This document shows positions 40,591 to 54,893 of a stretch of DNA of 64,000 bases, piece after piece (the stretch's first letter is position 1; each line of letters starts with the position of its first letter). The notes under the pieces are model-generated. The model worked only from the letters and a program-made list of their open reading frames with translations, was not told where the DNA came from and ran no database searches. This DNA comes from Octopus vulgaris (Eukaryota), in assembly GCA_951406725.2 (NCBI GenBank), contig OX597821.1, forward strand, positions 26,722,001-26,786,000, in the 5' to 3' direction. The position numbers and the translations under genes were made by a program.

Positions 40591-42560
40591 ATGGTTTTTC
40601 TTGTAGGCACATGACCGCGAAATCTAAATTACGGATGTTTAAGTTATTTCTTGACCACAGAATGACGGAGAGGAAAGTTGACTTGGTTTAATTTGACTAC
40701 AAGATGTAGAAGAACGAAACTAAATAATAATTTATTTCTCTTCAAGCAACAACTACCACACCCCCTCCTGCTGCTGCTGCTGCTGCTCTACCACCTCCTC
40801 CTCCTCCTCCTCTTTCTTCTTCTTCTTCTACTTCCCCTTCCTCCCCTCCTCCTCAATACCAGTTGTAATATTACCTAACTAAAACCATACAAGGTAAACC
40901 TATGGTAATACCCATAGAGGAATGAAAGGCAAAATTCAACCTCAATGGAGAGTGAAATAAATATTAAGAGACGTTTAATACTGTGCTAACACTCGACCAC
41001 TATATAATAATTTCTCCTATGGATAGATATAAAAAAAAAACCCATACATAATGGCGAGAGAGGGCTGCAGTTCAATAAATCTATAGTAGTACTTGACTAG
41101 CAGTTGCTTTATCAACCTTGGAAGGATGAAAGGCAATATTTAAATTCGGCGGGACTTGAATTCAGAACTCAGCACGTAAAGGGATACAACGAAATCCCGT
41201 AAGGCATGTTGTCCGACGCTAAACCGAATCTGCCAATCCATTATTATTTTCGACAATAATAACAATAGACGTAGCAATAAAACTACAAAGGCTTTTCAAC
41301 CAATAAAATCAAGGTGAAATAGTAAAAAATAAAAAAAAATAAACAAAAACTTTCGAATGCTTAGTTGTTATGTGTTTGTTAGAACATGATTAAAGTGGTT
41401 AAATCGACATAGAGCTTAACTGAGAGAGACGGAGAGACTGGGTTGGAGATGGATAGAGAGAGAGAGAGAGAGGATCAGAGAGACGATGAGAGAAACGGTG
41501 GGAGAGAAAAAGCGAGAGATGGTGCGTTGAGTAGATATGCGTGAGAGTTGTGTGTGTGTGTATATGAGTGAGTGAATGTGGGTGTGTATATGAGTGTATG
41601 AGAGAGAGAGAATGAGAGAAAGAGAGAGAGAGAGAGGGGAGGAGAGAGAGAGAAAGAGAGAGAGAGAGAATGAGAGAGAAAGAAAAAGAAAGAAGTTTGG
41701 TGGGGATGAAGATAACAGTCGTTTTTGACAGTTTATATGACCGGATTAGTCAGAGGTTTTAATATGGTTTGGACAACAACTGATTGAGTGAAATTCAATG
41801 AAATAATAATAACATAACTGTTTGATTTATATTTTATCTTCCATAAAAAAAAAAAATGAAAGATAAAATGGCTGAAAAGATGTTAGCTGTTGTTTTTCTT
41901 CTTTTTAGATTATGAAGCGATTATACAACTAAAGCTGTATTACACCATCGACTGTGTGTTTTTCCTTTGTGATATTGTTCCTTAGTTCTCGTCCAATGCT
42001 GTTGTTGCTTGCTTTTTATTGTTGCATTTATATATTTTTCTCTATATTTTCTGGTTTTTGCTTTTATCTATGTATTTATTCGTTTGTTTATTTATTTCCC
42101 GATTCACCCACCACCCCGCTCCTCACCTCACTCTCTCCCCCTCTCCCCCTCTCTCTCTCCACTTCACTCATATTCCCTCCCCATTTTACACACTCCACCA
42201 CTTCAGCCAAAGCCTGTATTAAAATCTCTTTCATCTTTTCACAGCAGCTATATTTTTCCTCAGCAAGCTATCAAATCGTTTCGAATGTTTGCTCTCTCTG
42301 CATTTTAGAGGTCACTTCATTGTTTATCATTGTTACCAAGGAAGGCATGCATTCATTGCCTGGTGTGAAGTTTTTTTAATATATTTTATAAAATCTTATC
42401 TGATAATTCTATAAGTGAAAGAATTGTTGCTAGAAAATCTGATAGGATAATAGTATATGGGGCGAAATGTCGATGTTTCAAATCTCAAAACCAAAGCCAT
42501 TTTGTATTCAGAGCCATTATATTTAACAGTCGATGGAGCTATCACTCTAGTATCGAATCT

Positions 42561-42993
42561 GGATCTTTTCGGTTTGAACGGCAGTTTTTAACATAATTTC
42601 TAGGTAACTAAAAAATTTTAAACTTCGTATACTGGTAGAATGTGTTTATAAAACATATTTTTCTCTTGGGTAATATTACAAAATTCTATAGTTTATAAGA
42701 TATTTGGTCTTTAATTTCTTGCATTTCGGCAATTTCAACCTATCAATGACCGTCTATTGAGGTCAAAACATTCTGTGCCGTATGAATATGTCCCTCGTTT
42801 AAGAAACAGATTGGGTTTATTTGTGAAGAAAAAAATATACCCTTCCCCCTACCCCTACCCCTAACCCTAACCCTAACTAATCCTAACCCTAAAACAGATT
42901 GAAATGCAATAGATCGATACCAGGGTCATAATTATGGGTGACAATTTCATATGACACCTCTAGAAAAAACTGCCGTTCAAACCGAAAAGATCC
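42561..42993 (+). mobile_element. Merlin-like MITE copy 2
   Basis: Same TIRs and body as 1455-1895; exact TSD TCGAATCT. Confidence 0.92.
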
Positions 42994-44119
42994 TCGAATC
43001 TTCATCCTTCACCTGAAACTTCCATTGTGACAATACCGACTTCTTTTTGGGAATATTATATACAAGACTAATTTTTATAGAATATCTATGCATTTTTATT
43101 AATGCTGAGTGAATTCCAAGGATATTTGGTCGGCATTTTAAGATAGGGCAAGTGACTAAGAGAACATTTAACAGCGTCAGACGTGAAATGCAAGAATGAA
43201 CGGACACGTAGGAGCGTATTTAGCATTTGTATTAAATTATTATTTTTATTAATGCATGTTCAATTCAAAGAAAATTTGGTTGACATTTTAAGACACTGAC
43301 TAAGAGAACAATTTATAGTATCAGACGTGAAGTGCAAGAACGTCGGAAGACGTAAGGCCGCGTTCAGCATCTGTAGTAAAGTAATCGGAATCGTTAAACT
43401 TAGAAATGCATAAGTATTTCATTGAATTATACCTTTGGTGTTGAAGCTTGAATTGTTTTTTTTCTTGTTTTTCATAAGGAATTTTAAAATTTCTTGATCG
43501 GGTGGTTTTCGAATTTTCAGTTCCGGTAAATTGCTTTCGTATCAAACTTCGAAGATGAAGTTTTCTCCACTACAGATCTAGAAACTATTTCATAGGTTCG
43601 GTTCACTTTGTCAACATGGTGATATACAAGAATCACATACGTCTACATGTCTTACTGTTTTCCCTGTTTCACACCACCACATGGCACTTTGGATAACTTC
43701 AGAAGATTCCTCTTTCTTCCAAGTATTTGAGATAAGTCTTCGTTCAGAGGATAGCTTCATCCTTCTCTTCCTTCCATTACCCAAGAAAGCTCTGTAAAAA
43801 TTCATGGATACTGCCTTCCATCTTGACTATAAAATAAAAACAAAAATAAGGTGATAGAACTGAAAGTAGTGTGTAAATAAAGAATGTCTCATTAGCTTAG
43901 AGTTCCGTGTTAACTCTTTCACGTGGATACAGATTGGAGAAGGATGTTAGTTAGATGCATAAAACATTATTGCAATAATGTTTGATCTAATACAATGACG
44001 GCAACCTCAAAACTGGTTGTATGGCTTCAGCAGCACGAGTAAAAATAAGAGGAATGAAGTAGAATAATTAGCAACAACAGTAAAACTATTATGTTAATAG
44101 AAATAACAACAATAAAGGT

Positions 44120-44437
44120 GGTGCGTAACTGGTACTTAATTAATCGACCCCGAAAGAATGAAAAGCAAAGCTGACAACGGCGGAATTTGAACTCAGAATG
44201 TAAATGACAGACGAAATACCTATTCCTTTACTACCCACAAGGGGTTAAACACAGAGGGGACGAACAAGGACAGACAAACGGATTAAGTCGATTATATCGA
44301 CCCCAGTGCGTAACTGGTATTTATTTAATCGACCCCGAAAGGATGAAAGGCAAAGTCGACCTCGGCGGAATTTGAACTCAGAACGTAGCGGCAGACGAAA
44401 TACCGCTAAGAAATTCTCACTGCGTGCTAACGTTTCT
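44120..44437 (-). mobile_element. SINE family A body (head displaced to 47592-47620 by a LINE insertion)
   Basis: Body plus partly duplicated tail; stops at CGTGCTAACGTTTCT and resumes at 47592 with CGTGCTAACGTTTCTGCCAGCTCGCCGCC. Confidence 0.9.
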
Positions 44438-47400
44438 TAATATTTTTATTATCCAAAAGGACATATATAGAAGGGACTGCGCATTGAAATCGAATGATTT
44501 TACATGAAATGCGATTGGGGTCCTTTTAAAAATTCTAAATACATTATTGTATATAGTACGGATGATGATAGGACACAATACGACATAACACATGGAGTGG
44601 AGGATGGTTTATAACGGACCCCACGAACCCCGTCTTACCACTGACCTGGGTTTTCAAACCATATCGCATTCACGCGGAGTCTTTCATGCCCAACATTCGT
44701 GCGACATTCCTCCATCTTTTTCCAAACATGTCTTCAGTCAAACATCTCCTCTCCAGCCTTAACTATCTTTTTTAGGTGGAAAATGAAAAAATTCAACAGA
44801 TCAGGACCAGAAATGAAGGTGCCTGACGTTATTCCTTTCATTCTTGCCCCCATATAGGCCCTCTCGCAGTTGCTACTACAGAGAGAAAACAATTCTTACC
44901 TTCTTTCGTTAAGAAATCCGGTGGGTTAATTTTCACTATAGATTCAGTCGACAGCTGTACGCTTCCTCTACATGACATCAGTTGTTCGGCATAAACCCAC
45001 ATGTCAGACACTTCTGGGCACTGAACAATAGCGTGCGGGACGGCTTCCTTGTCCCGCCCACATCTTGGACAGATCACAGTGTCTCGGACACAGTTCCTTG
45101 AGAGTTTATCCCGGACAGGTAAGGCCCCGCGGTAAGACTGCCATGCCAAAGACTTCTGAAAATTAACCAGGGTCTTCGGACCGAATGTACATTGGAACAG
45201 ATTGGCCAGCTAATTATCGTCAAAATCTAGGTTCTCCCCCAATGTATCATCGCATTCTGCCTGTACAAACCCTCTATAAAAGACAGCGGTCAAACCACTA
45301 CCACAGACATTGCCCGAGCGACGGAAAAGCAGGAGTGCCTTGCGACACTCCGTATACCATGTACCTAACTTCGCTCTACGATTAAACCAGGTTTCCCGTC
45401 CATCGAAACTAGTGAACCTGGGAAACATCTGCTTCGCTAGCGAAGATCACACCCGTTCACCATCCAGGTGCCCCAGCCTCAGCACATGTCTGCGCATCAA
45501 TAGTCAAGGCATCCCTAGCCCACCCTTTAACGGTTGTTGACAGCAAATAGAGTATCTCACAAGCGGTCTCGAGCCCTGCTACAAGAAGTGGAAGATCTGC
45601 CTTTCCGGCTTGATCGACCACGAATCAGGACAAGGCACGACGGTTAGGCGGTATGTGATGACCGATGCGATAAACACATTGGCCACCTCCGCCCTCCCTT
45701 TCATGGATAGTCACCGCCAAGACCAGATCTTGGCAATGTGGGTCCCCATGCTCGATACCTCAGCCAAATTCTTCTCTATATGGAGGTCTGGTCCGAACAA
45801 AACCTTAGCAACTTAATCGACCCACCGTCCAATGTCCCACGATGCTGTCAGGAGGTATCGATTTGCCTCTCCGGGTGCCGAGCTGCATGCCGATTGATTT
45901 TTCACGATTAACTTTTGCTCCTGCCATCGTTTCGTATTCATCAATGGCCTTGCCAACTCTTTGAAGGTGAGCCATTTTGGCCACGATGATGGTGGTATCC
46001 GCGTAGGCTGAAACCGACAACTCACAACCTGGCTGTCTTGGAATGCTGCTCAGCTTTCTCAGCAATGGTTCAAGAGCAGGGAAAGCGGACATCCTTAACG
46101 AACCGAGCATTTGATGTGAACGGCTTAGAAAAAAGCCTGATGGGCCTAAAATTATCAACGATATCCTCTTATTCAAGCCCTTTCTGACGAGCGTCACCAC
46201 TCCCTGGCGTACAGATCTGGGGATGAGCCCATTCTGTTGCTAATTCGCGTAGACAAACGCCAATAGATGTCCAAACAAGTCCGGCATACTCTTATATAAC
46301 TTGTAGGGTAGACCACCCAGCACTGGCACCTTACCCGCGCCGCAGTTCGGTCTTTTTGTTTTGTTCTAATTTCTTTTGTTCTTTCTTCTTCTTCTTCTTC
46401 TTCTTCTTCTTCTTCTTCTTCTTCTTCTTCTTCTTCTTCTTCTTCTTCTTCTTCTTCTTCTTCTTCTTCTTCTTCTTCTTCTTTCTCCTTGCGGGTGGGA
46501 CAGTTTTCCTGAATGTGGCCTTTTTCACCAAATTCGTAGCATCTGGCTTTCCTACCCTCCACAACTACCCGCAAGGTGGTTTCTTCTCCGATGTGGATGT
46601 TCTCAGCAATTTCTTCTAACGTCTAGGGGTGGGGTGGGTAGTGGGCGCTTGGATTATGATCTTTAGCCCTTGGCTCCGACAGTTCTGTTGTATTCTGGAA
46701 GCTTCAATCATCTTGATTTTATCCTCAAGCCCCATTAGAAAGGCTGAGATAATCCAGATGACATTTATTTCTGGTGGGATTTCCTCAATAACTATTTCGG
46801 ATGTTCTCCTACCCATATAAGTTGGTAATAAAATGACTTCATTGGTTTTTATCGGTTGGAGCGAGTGTTTTATAGCATTTTCCTCAATTTTGAAGTACAC
46901 CACTATTGTGGCGTATCTTCTCCCTCTAGTAAAGAACTCGATGTCTTGCCAGATGAGTTGTAGACACTTCTTAATTTGTTCTTTGGATGCCTTGTCTATT
47001 TTCTTGTCTTTTATTATCATTGTCTTATATGTTATTACTTTCCTCTTTGTTTCTTCGATGAGTTCGTTAGGGAGGCTCTAACATCAAAACCTTCCCTTTC
47101 GAACATACCTCTGTGTTGCTGCTGTGAATCTAGCTCTATGTTCAATTAACTTTTTCTCACACTTTTTCTCACTTCTTTTGGTTGTCTTCTGTTGGGTTTA
47201 CTTTTCCGTTATTCATTCTATCGTTTTCAGCGTTTATTTTTCCTTCTTGGTTCCTTTTTCCGTTTACTGCATTTATGTGGCTTTCGTTCACGTTTTCGTT
47301 CATTTTGTCTTGTTTTACAGTTGCTCTTTGGTTAGCTTTGTCAGGGCTAGAAGACTTGTCCTCCGAATTCATTTTCATAAAAATAAATATTTTCCGAAAT

Positions 47401-47591
47401 ATCTTTTTCAAAAATTATTTCCATAATTATTTTCCTCTCCGTAAGGAGGGGAACAACAGTCCACTACATCTGTTTTAAACAGAACGTCGAACAATAACAA
47501 AAATTCAAAATTTAAAAATAGATGGCAATAATAATAATAAATAATAATAACAATTAGTAACCAAATTCTCGCAAAGACAAATTAACCGCAA
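44438..47591 (-). mobile_element. Internally deleted Tx1-like LINE bounded by a 15-bp TSD
   Basis: ORF1 pieces (47411-46330) with knuckle-like RCYEFGEKGHIQENCP and poly-Glu; jumps into ORF2 RT (VTLVRK, SAYAD); C-terminal CPRCGRDKEAVPHAIVQC; AATAAA near 44446; TSD CGTGCTAACGTTTCT (44423-44437 / 47592-47606). No endonuclease domain seen. Confidence 0.88.
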
Positions 47592-47700
47592 CGTGCTAAC
47601 GTTTCTGCCAGCTCGCCGCCCTCAGCAACAAAAATATTAACAACAAAAATAACTATGCAATGTTAGCAACAACTGCTGCAGCTACTATATTAGCAACTAA

Positions 47701-48127
47701 GGTTCTCTTCGGTTTGAACGGCAGTTATTTCTAGCGGTGTCATGAAATTGTCACCCAAAATTATGACCCTAGTATCGATCTATTGCATTTCAATCTGCTT
47801 TAGGGTTAGGGTTAGTTAGGGTTAGGGGTAAGGGGAAGGGTATCTTTTTTTCTTCACAAATGTAAATAAACACAATCTGTTTCTTAAACGAGGGACATAT
47901 TCATACGGCATAGAATGTTTTTTACCTCAATAGACGTCAGTGATTGGTTGAAATTTCAGAAATTGAAGAAAAAAAAACGACAAATATCTTACAAACCATA
48001 GAATTTTCTCAATAACGCCAAGAGAAAAAGATGTTTTATAAACACATTCTACCAGTATACGAAGTTTAAAATTTTTTTAGTTACCTAGAAATTATGTTAA
48101 AAACTGCCGTTCAAACCGAAAAGATCC
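47701..48127 (-). mobile_element. Merlin-like MITE copy 3
   Basis: Reverse orientation, (TTAGGG)n on the + strand; exact TSD GCAACTAA. Confidence 0.92.
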
Positions 48128-48784
48128 GCAACTAAATCATTGACTGCATTAACAGCAGTAACCATAACACTGGTAAAATAAACAAACTTAAAAATTAACA
48201 ACTTATTCACAAAACGCTATTAGAAATCACAGTAATAAATAACGACGTGACTTCTATGTCGTTGCTTAATCTTATAGGAATAGTAGCGAAATTCTCTCGA
48301 AATTGCTCTCGACGGCTATAAAAAGAAAGGATAATACATTCATAGATGTCTTCAAAATGAAGAGGAGCCTACACAAAATAGACACAAGAAGCAGAGGACT
48401 GCTACACCAGAGCTAGCCTAGGTCTAGAAGTAAGAACAACAATGACCGTAACATATATTTTAATATAAATAACGGAAAAGACGGCGAGCTGGCAGGATCG
48501 TTAACATGCCGGACGAAATAAAATAAGTCGATAAAATAAGTAAGAGTTGAGCACTGGGGTCGATGTAATCGATTTCTTCTCCGTCCGCGAGCTTCCTGAA
48601 CTTAGTCCAAAATTTGAAACTAATATAGATAATTCAAACAGACCTTTACGACTAAGGAAGCAGGGAAATAGGAACGGCTGCAAAGAGAAAAATATGCTGG
48701 GGGCGGGGACAAAACCTAGCAATGAAAGTGATAGAATAATTGTAGCAGAAAAAAAATAATAACACCAAAGAAAAAAGAAACAAA

Positions 48785-49216
48785 GGATCTTTTCGGTTTG
48801 AACGGCAGTTTTTAACATAATTTCTAGGTAAATAAAAAATTTTAAACTTCGCATACTGGTAGAATGTGTTTATAAAACATCTTTTTCTCTTGGCTTTATG
48901 GAGAAAATTCTATAGTTTGTAACATATTTGTTGTTTGTTTCTTCAATTTCTGCAATTTCAACCAATCAATTACGTCCATTGAGGTAAAAAAACATTCTGT
49001 GCCGTGTGATATGTCCCTCGTTTAAGAAACAGATTGGGTTTATTTACATTTGTGAAGAAAAAAAGATACCTTTCCCCCCACCCTTAACCGTAACCCTAAC
49101 TAACCCTAACCCTAAAAGAGATTGAAATGCAATAGATCGATACTAGGGTCATAATTATGGGTGACAATTTCATATGACACCGCTAGAAAAAACTGCCGTT
49201 CAAACCGAAAAGATCC
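48785..49216 (+). mobile_element. Merlin-like MITE copy 4
   Basis: Same TIRs and body; exact TSD GAAACAAA. Confidence 0.92.
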
Positions 49217-49348
49217 GAAACAAAACAAATTAATCGAATTTAAACATGTATGTCCTGTTATAATAAACTATACTGCGGTAAGTATCATGACAGAAACTCA
49301 GATATTGACTGTTGGTGCACTCTTGTTTATATCACTAGCGGAGAGATA

Positions 49349-49540
49349 AATACCTATTTCTTTATTACCCACAAGGGGCTAAACACAGAGGGGACAAACA
49401 AGGACAGACATAGGTATTAAGTCGATTACATCGACCCCAGTGCGTAACTGGTACTTAATTTATCGACCCCGAAAGGATGAAAGGCAAAGTCGACATCGGC
49501 GGAATTTGAACTCACAACGTAACTCAGACGATATACCGCG
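49349..49540 (-). mobile_element. SINE family A, 5'-truncated
   Basis: Body and tail match; head missing. Confidence 0.88.
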
Positions 49541-50307
49541 CCGAATACACCAGATCACGTGATTTCAACCTTCCTTGGTCTTGTATAGATGGACTCTTGA
49601 CCGCTAGAAATAGCGGCGATTCATCTCCCCGCCAGCGATATAAAGAATAACAGTGCCAGAAATGGCGTTAGTGTCGCAATTAGCCAGTAAGCTTGTTAAG
49701 AACTGTTCATGAGCGACAGATGAAGAATTAACATCGAGGTGTAACGTTTATCCCTGATTAAAATTTGATGTATTAGAACAAACTAAACTGCAGTAGTTAT
49801 TATCACGAGACAAACTCTTATACGTGCTTTTGGTGCATAATACACTATTGTTTATATCGTTAGCGCGGAAATAGATCCCTTCCATCTTCAGCCCCGAAAC
49901 CATAAACAGAAGAAATAAAAAAATACGTAACTTAACCTATGACCCCGTTTAATACCACATGGTACATGGGGTATCTTTAACAGAGATCATTCTGTTGTAA
50001 ACCTCCGTGCTAGGTTTGCCGGTTGAGGATACCCGCTTGGTTCCCTGCTGTCAGTCTCAAAGGACCTCTAGCAGGTTATGTGCATTGGCTCTCACTCCAG
50101 ATAAACCAAAAAAGATAAAATGTTATCGTTTTCGTTGTTGAAGCCTCAATCCCCAAACCTTTCAGATTCTAACAAGTAGAAAGAACAAAACTAAATAGCA
50201 ACAAATGCAGTAAAAAAGCAACAACTGGAACTGGAAACAATAACAGTAAAAACATCAATAATAATAGAAAAAAACCCCCAATTGAAAGAGTAACAGCACT
50301 AACAGTA

Positions 50308-50470
50308 GGCGCAGGAGTGGCTGTGTGGTAAGTAGCTTGCTTACCAACCACACGGTTCCGGGTTCAGTCCCACTGCGTGGCGCCTTAGGCAAGTGTCTTC
50401 TACTATAGCCTCGGGCCGACCAAAGCCTTGTGAGTGGATTTGGCAGACGGAAACTGAAAGAAGCCTGTCG

Positions 50471-50532
<62 letters not shown>

Positions 50533-50745
50533 TGTTTCTGTGTTTGTCCCCTCAACATCGCTTGACAACCGATGCTGGTATGTTTACGTCCCCGTTACTT
50601 AGCGGTTCGGCAAAAGAGACCGATAGAATAAGTACTAGGTTTACAAAGAAGAAGTCCTGGGGTCGATTTGCTCGAGCGACTAAAAAAGGCGGTGCTCCAG
50701 CATGGCCGCAGTCAAATGACTGAAACAAGTAAAAAAGTAAAATGA
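50308..50745 (+). mobile_element. SINE family B
   Basis: Full head-to-tail match to 32144-32552. Confidence 0.92.
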
Positions 50746-52607
50746 GTAGAAAGGGAATTCTACGTGGTCTGTGAATTTGCTAGAAACAGCAGTAAAAATT
50801 TTCCTTCAAATTAGAGCCTGTAGTCATAAAGTAGAGAAGACGTGTATATGATGCTGTTCTGGTTATGTTATGCTTTAAGCAAATGCGGCGGGATAGTCAC
50901 AGTTGGAACACCTCTGATCAGTGGTCTGCTTGATCGGAGTTGACTTGGGGACTGAACAGCTACAATGCCAAAAACATCATCATGAACAACAACAACAACA
51001 AAACAAAATGGTAATGTAGAAATTGCAAGGATGGAAGTAACATAACAAATAAAATAATTCATTGTAACAAGACAAACTATTAAAGTGCAAAAAAGCAGAA
51101 AACCAAAAAAAAAAAAAAACAAACAGAAACAATAACACGACAAGATATAAGAGAAAACATAATGAAAACAAAAAAAAACCAACAAGAATTTTTGAATCAG
51201 CGGCAACAATAAAAACAGAGAAAAATAAAATACGTCAAGAACAGTGAAAGTGAAAGTTAAAAAAAAACAAAACAAAACAAAACCAAAGCGACAACAACAA
51301 AAACAACAACAGCAACAATCTCTGCAAAATCAACATTTAAAATAAGATTAACAAGCTCAGGAGCAATTTTAGAGAGAGTTGTAATTACAATAGAACCAGC
51401 ATCATCGTAAAATTCGACAACAGCGACACCACAATAAACAACAACAACAACAACACAATAAACAACAACAACAACAACAACAACAATACAATAAGCTACA
51501 ACAACAACCAAAGCAAAATAAATGCCAAAATAAAATAAAAAGCAACCTCAACAGCATCTGAGAACGCCCCAAATTTTTCCATAGTAAATCACACAAAAAC
51601 CCACATAACCCTCGTACACACACCACAATGAAAACATAGAAACCTACACTCTATCTCAGAGAATCTATGAGACTAAAATAAAATTCTTGAAATGAAATGA
51701 CGCTTGACAGACGAGGAGAGAGTTTGTTGCTATAATAAATTCCAAGTCTCACCGTATCTGCTTCCATTTAAACATCGCTTTAAAATACCATTTCTAGATC
51801 ACGTTCGAACACTATTACCAACCTAAGCATGTTATTCCTTCTTTTCCATTTAAAGACTCCCTAAAAAATAGTAGTAGCATCAATAATTTTATTCCTCACC
51901 CCTAACATTATTCTATACGTACAACCCCATTGATAAAATACTCATGACGAATGATTTTAGCGCTCTGACGTCGTTATGCCTGAGATGGTCGATGGAATGA
52001 CGACTAACAGTAGAAAGTCTATGAAGTAAACTAGTGAGTCCTTGCGTAATTACTCTACCTGCTAAAAATAACAGCCAAATATCTCTCAAGTCTGACAAAC
52101 CTAGGAGAGAACAACTAAGTGGCGATTCCACCTGTTAGATATAGCAGCAATATTTTTCATCAAATTACACATACTGAATAATCTAGGCATGGGTATATTA
52201 AAATCCCGGAAGGTTTCGATTGGATCGCCTTTGATCATATCTGTTCGATCAGAACTGATTTGAGGCTGAACCAACGGTATCGAGCTTTCAAACGCAGAAT
52301 CAACAATTGAGGCAAAAAAGCGATATGCTACGCTGCGTCCAGTTCAGTAATCCATTGCATGATGAAAGAACGAAGGTATCAAAACGTGATTACTTTGACC
52401 GCTATAAATAACAGTCAAATATCTCGCAGAGCCTTCCCCGTTGGATAGTGTTGCTGGAGTTTGTTGTGTTGTTTGCGGTGACGACTGGTTGAGTTGATGA
52501 ATGAAAATATTTCTCAGGTTGTGTGATGTAACTGAAAAATACTCGTGAACATTCAACAAAAGACTTTATTATAGTCAAACTGCGTTGGTCTTCTGTAAAT
52601 AACACCA

Positions 52608-53016
52608 GGCGCAGGAGTGGCTGTGTGGTAGGTAGCTTTCTTACTAACCATATGGTTCCGGGTTCAGTCCCACTGCGTAGCACCTTGGGCAAGTGTCTTC
52701 TACTATAGCCTCGGGCCGACCAAAGCCTTGTGAGTGGATTTGGTAGACAGAAACTGATAGAATCCCGTCGTATATATGTATATATGTATATGTGTGGGTG
52801 TGTATGTTTGTGTATCTGTGTTTGTCCCCCTAGCATTGCTTGACAACCGATGCTGGTGTGTTTACGTCCCCGTCACTTAGCGGTTCGGCAAAAGAGACCG
52901 ATAGAATAAGTGCTAGGCTTACAAAGAATAAGTCCCGCGGTCGATTTGCTCGACTAAAGGCGGTGCTCCAGCATAACCACAGTCAAATGACTGAAACAAG
53001 TAAAAGAGTAAAAGAG
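52608..53016 (+). mobile_element. SINE family B
   Basis: Full head-to-tail match. Confidence 0.92.
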
Positions 53017-53888
53017 CTATAATTACAATGGGAAAGAAGGAAAATCCATGCCGTGTTAGAAGTTACTTTCGAGACATGGTGTACTGAAGAAGTGTGCGGA
53101 AATTTCTAGAACCGTCTGAAGTAGCAAGAATGGAGGCATATATCGCTCAGCTGCCTCAACATTTTGCATGGCAAGAGGCGAATGAGTTGGCTGCTTTCAG
53201 TGCTTTGCAAAAAATGCGGTTTTATATAAGTTACACGAAGAAGATTCTAGAAGATTGAATCACGCCACGGCTTCACTCTAATTGATTGCTAAATAGACCC
53301 TGTGAAACTATTGTTTGGCCGTGATGTGTTAACGGTTACCTCGCAGTTCAGTTTTGAATCACCGCTACGATGGCCTCCTCTCAGTTCTTTGTATGAAATG
53401 GAAGAATGAAACTGTAGAAAGAGAATTTACATAAAAGAGAATTAATGTATGTATACTTGAGTAAAGGCTAAACTTTAACACTACTGGCAATACAGCAAAC
53501 ATTGCAAATATTGAAAAAACAAAATACAAAAGCAAAATGACATGTAACAATGTAAAGGCAAATAAAACCTTGTCCTTGTTCAAAGTTCATAAATTCAAAA
53601 TTGTATGAAACATGCAAAGACAATAAACAGCACTTAGAAATGAAAGCTGTGAGAACAGTGAGTAATATAAATGCATAGAAGGTGTATAATCGACCAGAAA
53701 TATGGAATATCATGTAATATGCATGCGTTTATGAGACTGACTGCAATTGAAATCTTCAGAAAAATTTGTTAACTTTGCACATATCTGCTGCAAGGGTATA
53801 AACGTGACTGTGAACGAATGATGCTTGAATAGCAGGGCAATCGTTTTCATTTTTTAATAAATAAGATGAAATTAAAAAATAAATATAA

Positions 53889-54063
53889 GGCACAGGAGTG
53901 GCTGTGTGGTAAGTAGCTTGCTAACCAACCACATGGTTCCGGGTTCAGTCCCACTGCGTGGCATCTTGGACAAGTGTCTTCTGCTATAGCCTCGGGCCGA
54001 CCAAAGCCTTGTGAGTGGATTTGGTAGACGGAAACTGAAAGAAGCCGGTCGTATATATGTATG

Positions 54064-54094
<31 letters not shown>

Positions 54095-54308
54095 ATGTGT
54101 TTGTGTGTCTGTGTTTGTCTCCCTAGCATTGCTTGACAACCGATGCTGGTGTGTTTACGTCCCCGTTACTTAGCGGTTCGGCAAAAGAAACCGATAGAAT
54201 AAGTACTGGGCTTACAAAGAATAAGTCCTGGGGTCGATTTCCTCAACTAAAGGCGGTGCTCCAGCATGGCCACAGTCAAATGATAGAAACAAGTAAAAGA
54301 GTAAAAGA
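53889..54308 (+). mobile_element. SINE family B
   Basis: Full head-to-tail match. Confidence 0.92.
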
Positions 54309-54893
54309 GAGAGGAAAGAGTATAAAAATACAGAAATTACAGAATATCTCCGCATCATTGTGTGTTTTAAGTGATTTCGAGGTTCAGTGGGAATAAATGG
54401 CTCTAAGTTTGAGATAAGTTGTAAAACACTGCAGGAATTTGTCGTTACGATTGTATACGAACTCTACTAGGGCACTGAAGTATGTTCAGCCTTCTATTTA
54501 CATAGAAAAGTTCCTAGTTAGAATCCAGTCTGGCGCCACGTACACGAACAGGAACAAAACACTGAATCACAATTACAGGTCAAACTTAAGGAAATGAAAG
54601 CGTTATTAACATTATTTCTAATTTAGACAGAAAGCCAACCTCAATACTATGCCTTATCTTATCGGTTCTGGAAAGATGAAAGACAAAATTGAACTCGGTG
54701 GGAATTGAATTCAGAATACAAATTCGTAACTAACACTACAATACAATACAATACAACTACGAATACAAATTCGTAAATAACACAAGTCCATAAGCGATGC
54801 TATCTCACGACAAATAATTTGGTAATTGGCCATTCGGCTGTATTCATGCATTAAGTGTGAGATGCTGATTGCTCTCTCTCTCCCTCTCTCACT

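Noticed and set aside
41720-41835. Cluster of homeodomain-type sites (TGACAG, GGATTA, TGATTGA, TGATTTAT)
   Set aside because: Short motifs are expected by chance in AT-rich DNA; unsupported without conservation data.
42457-43071. 57-aa ORF (MGRNVDVSNL...EYYIQD) restored by removing MITE copy 2 and one TSD
   Set aside because: Length is within chance expectation and I recognise no motif.
52440-53160. Possible mariner/Tc1 relic split by a SINE
   Set aside because: Only faint peptide resemblance; no TIR or catalytic motif that I can support.
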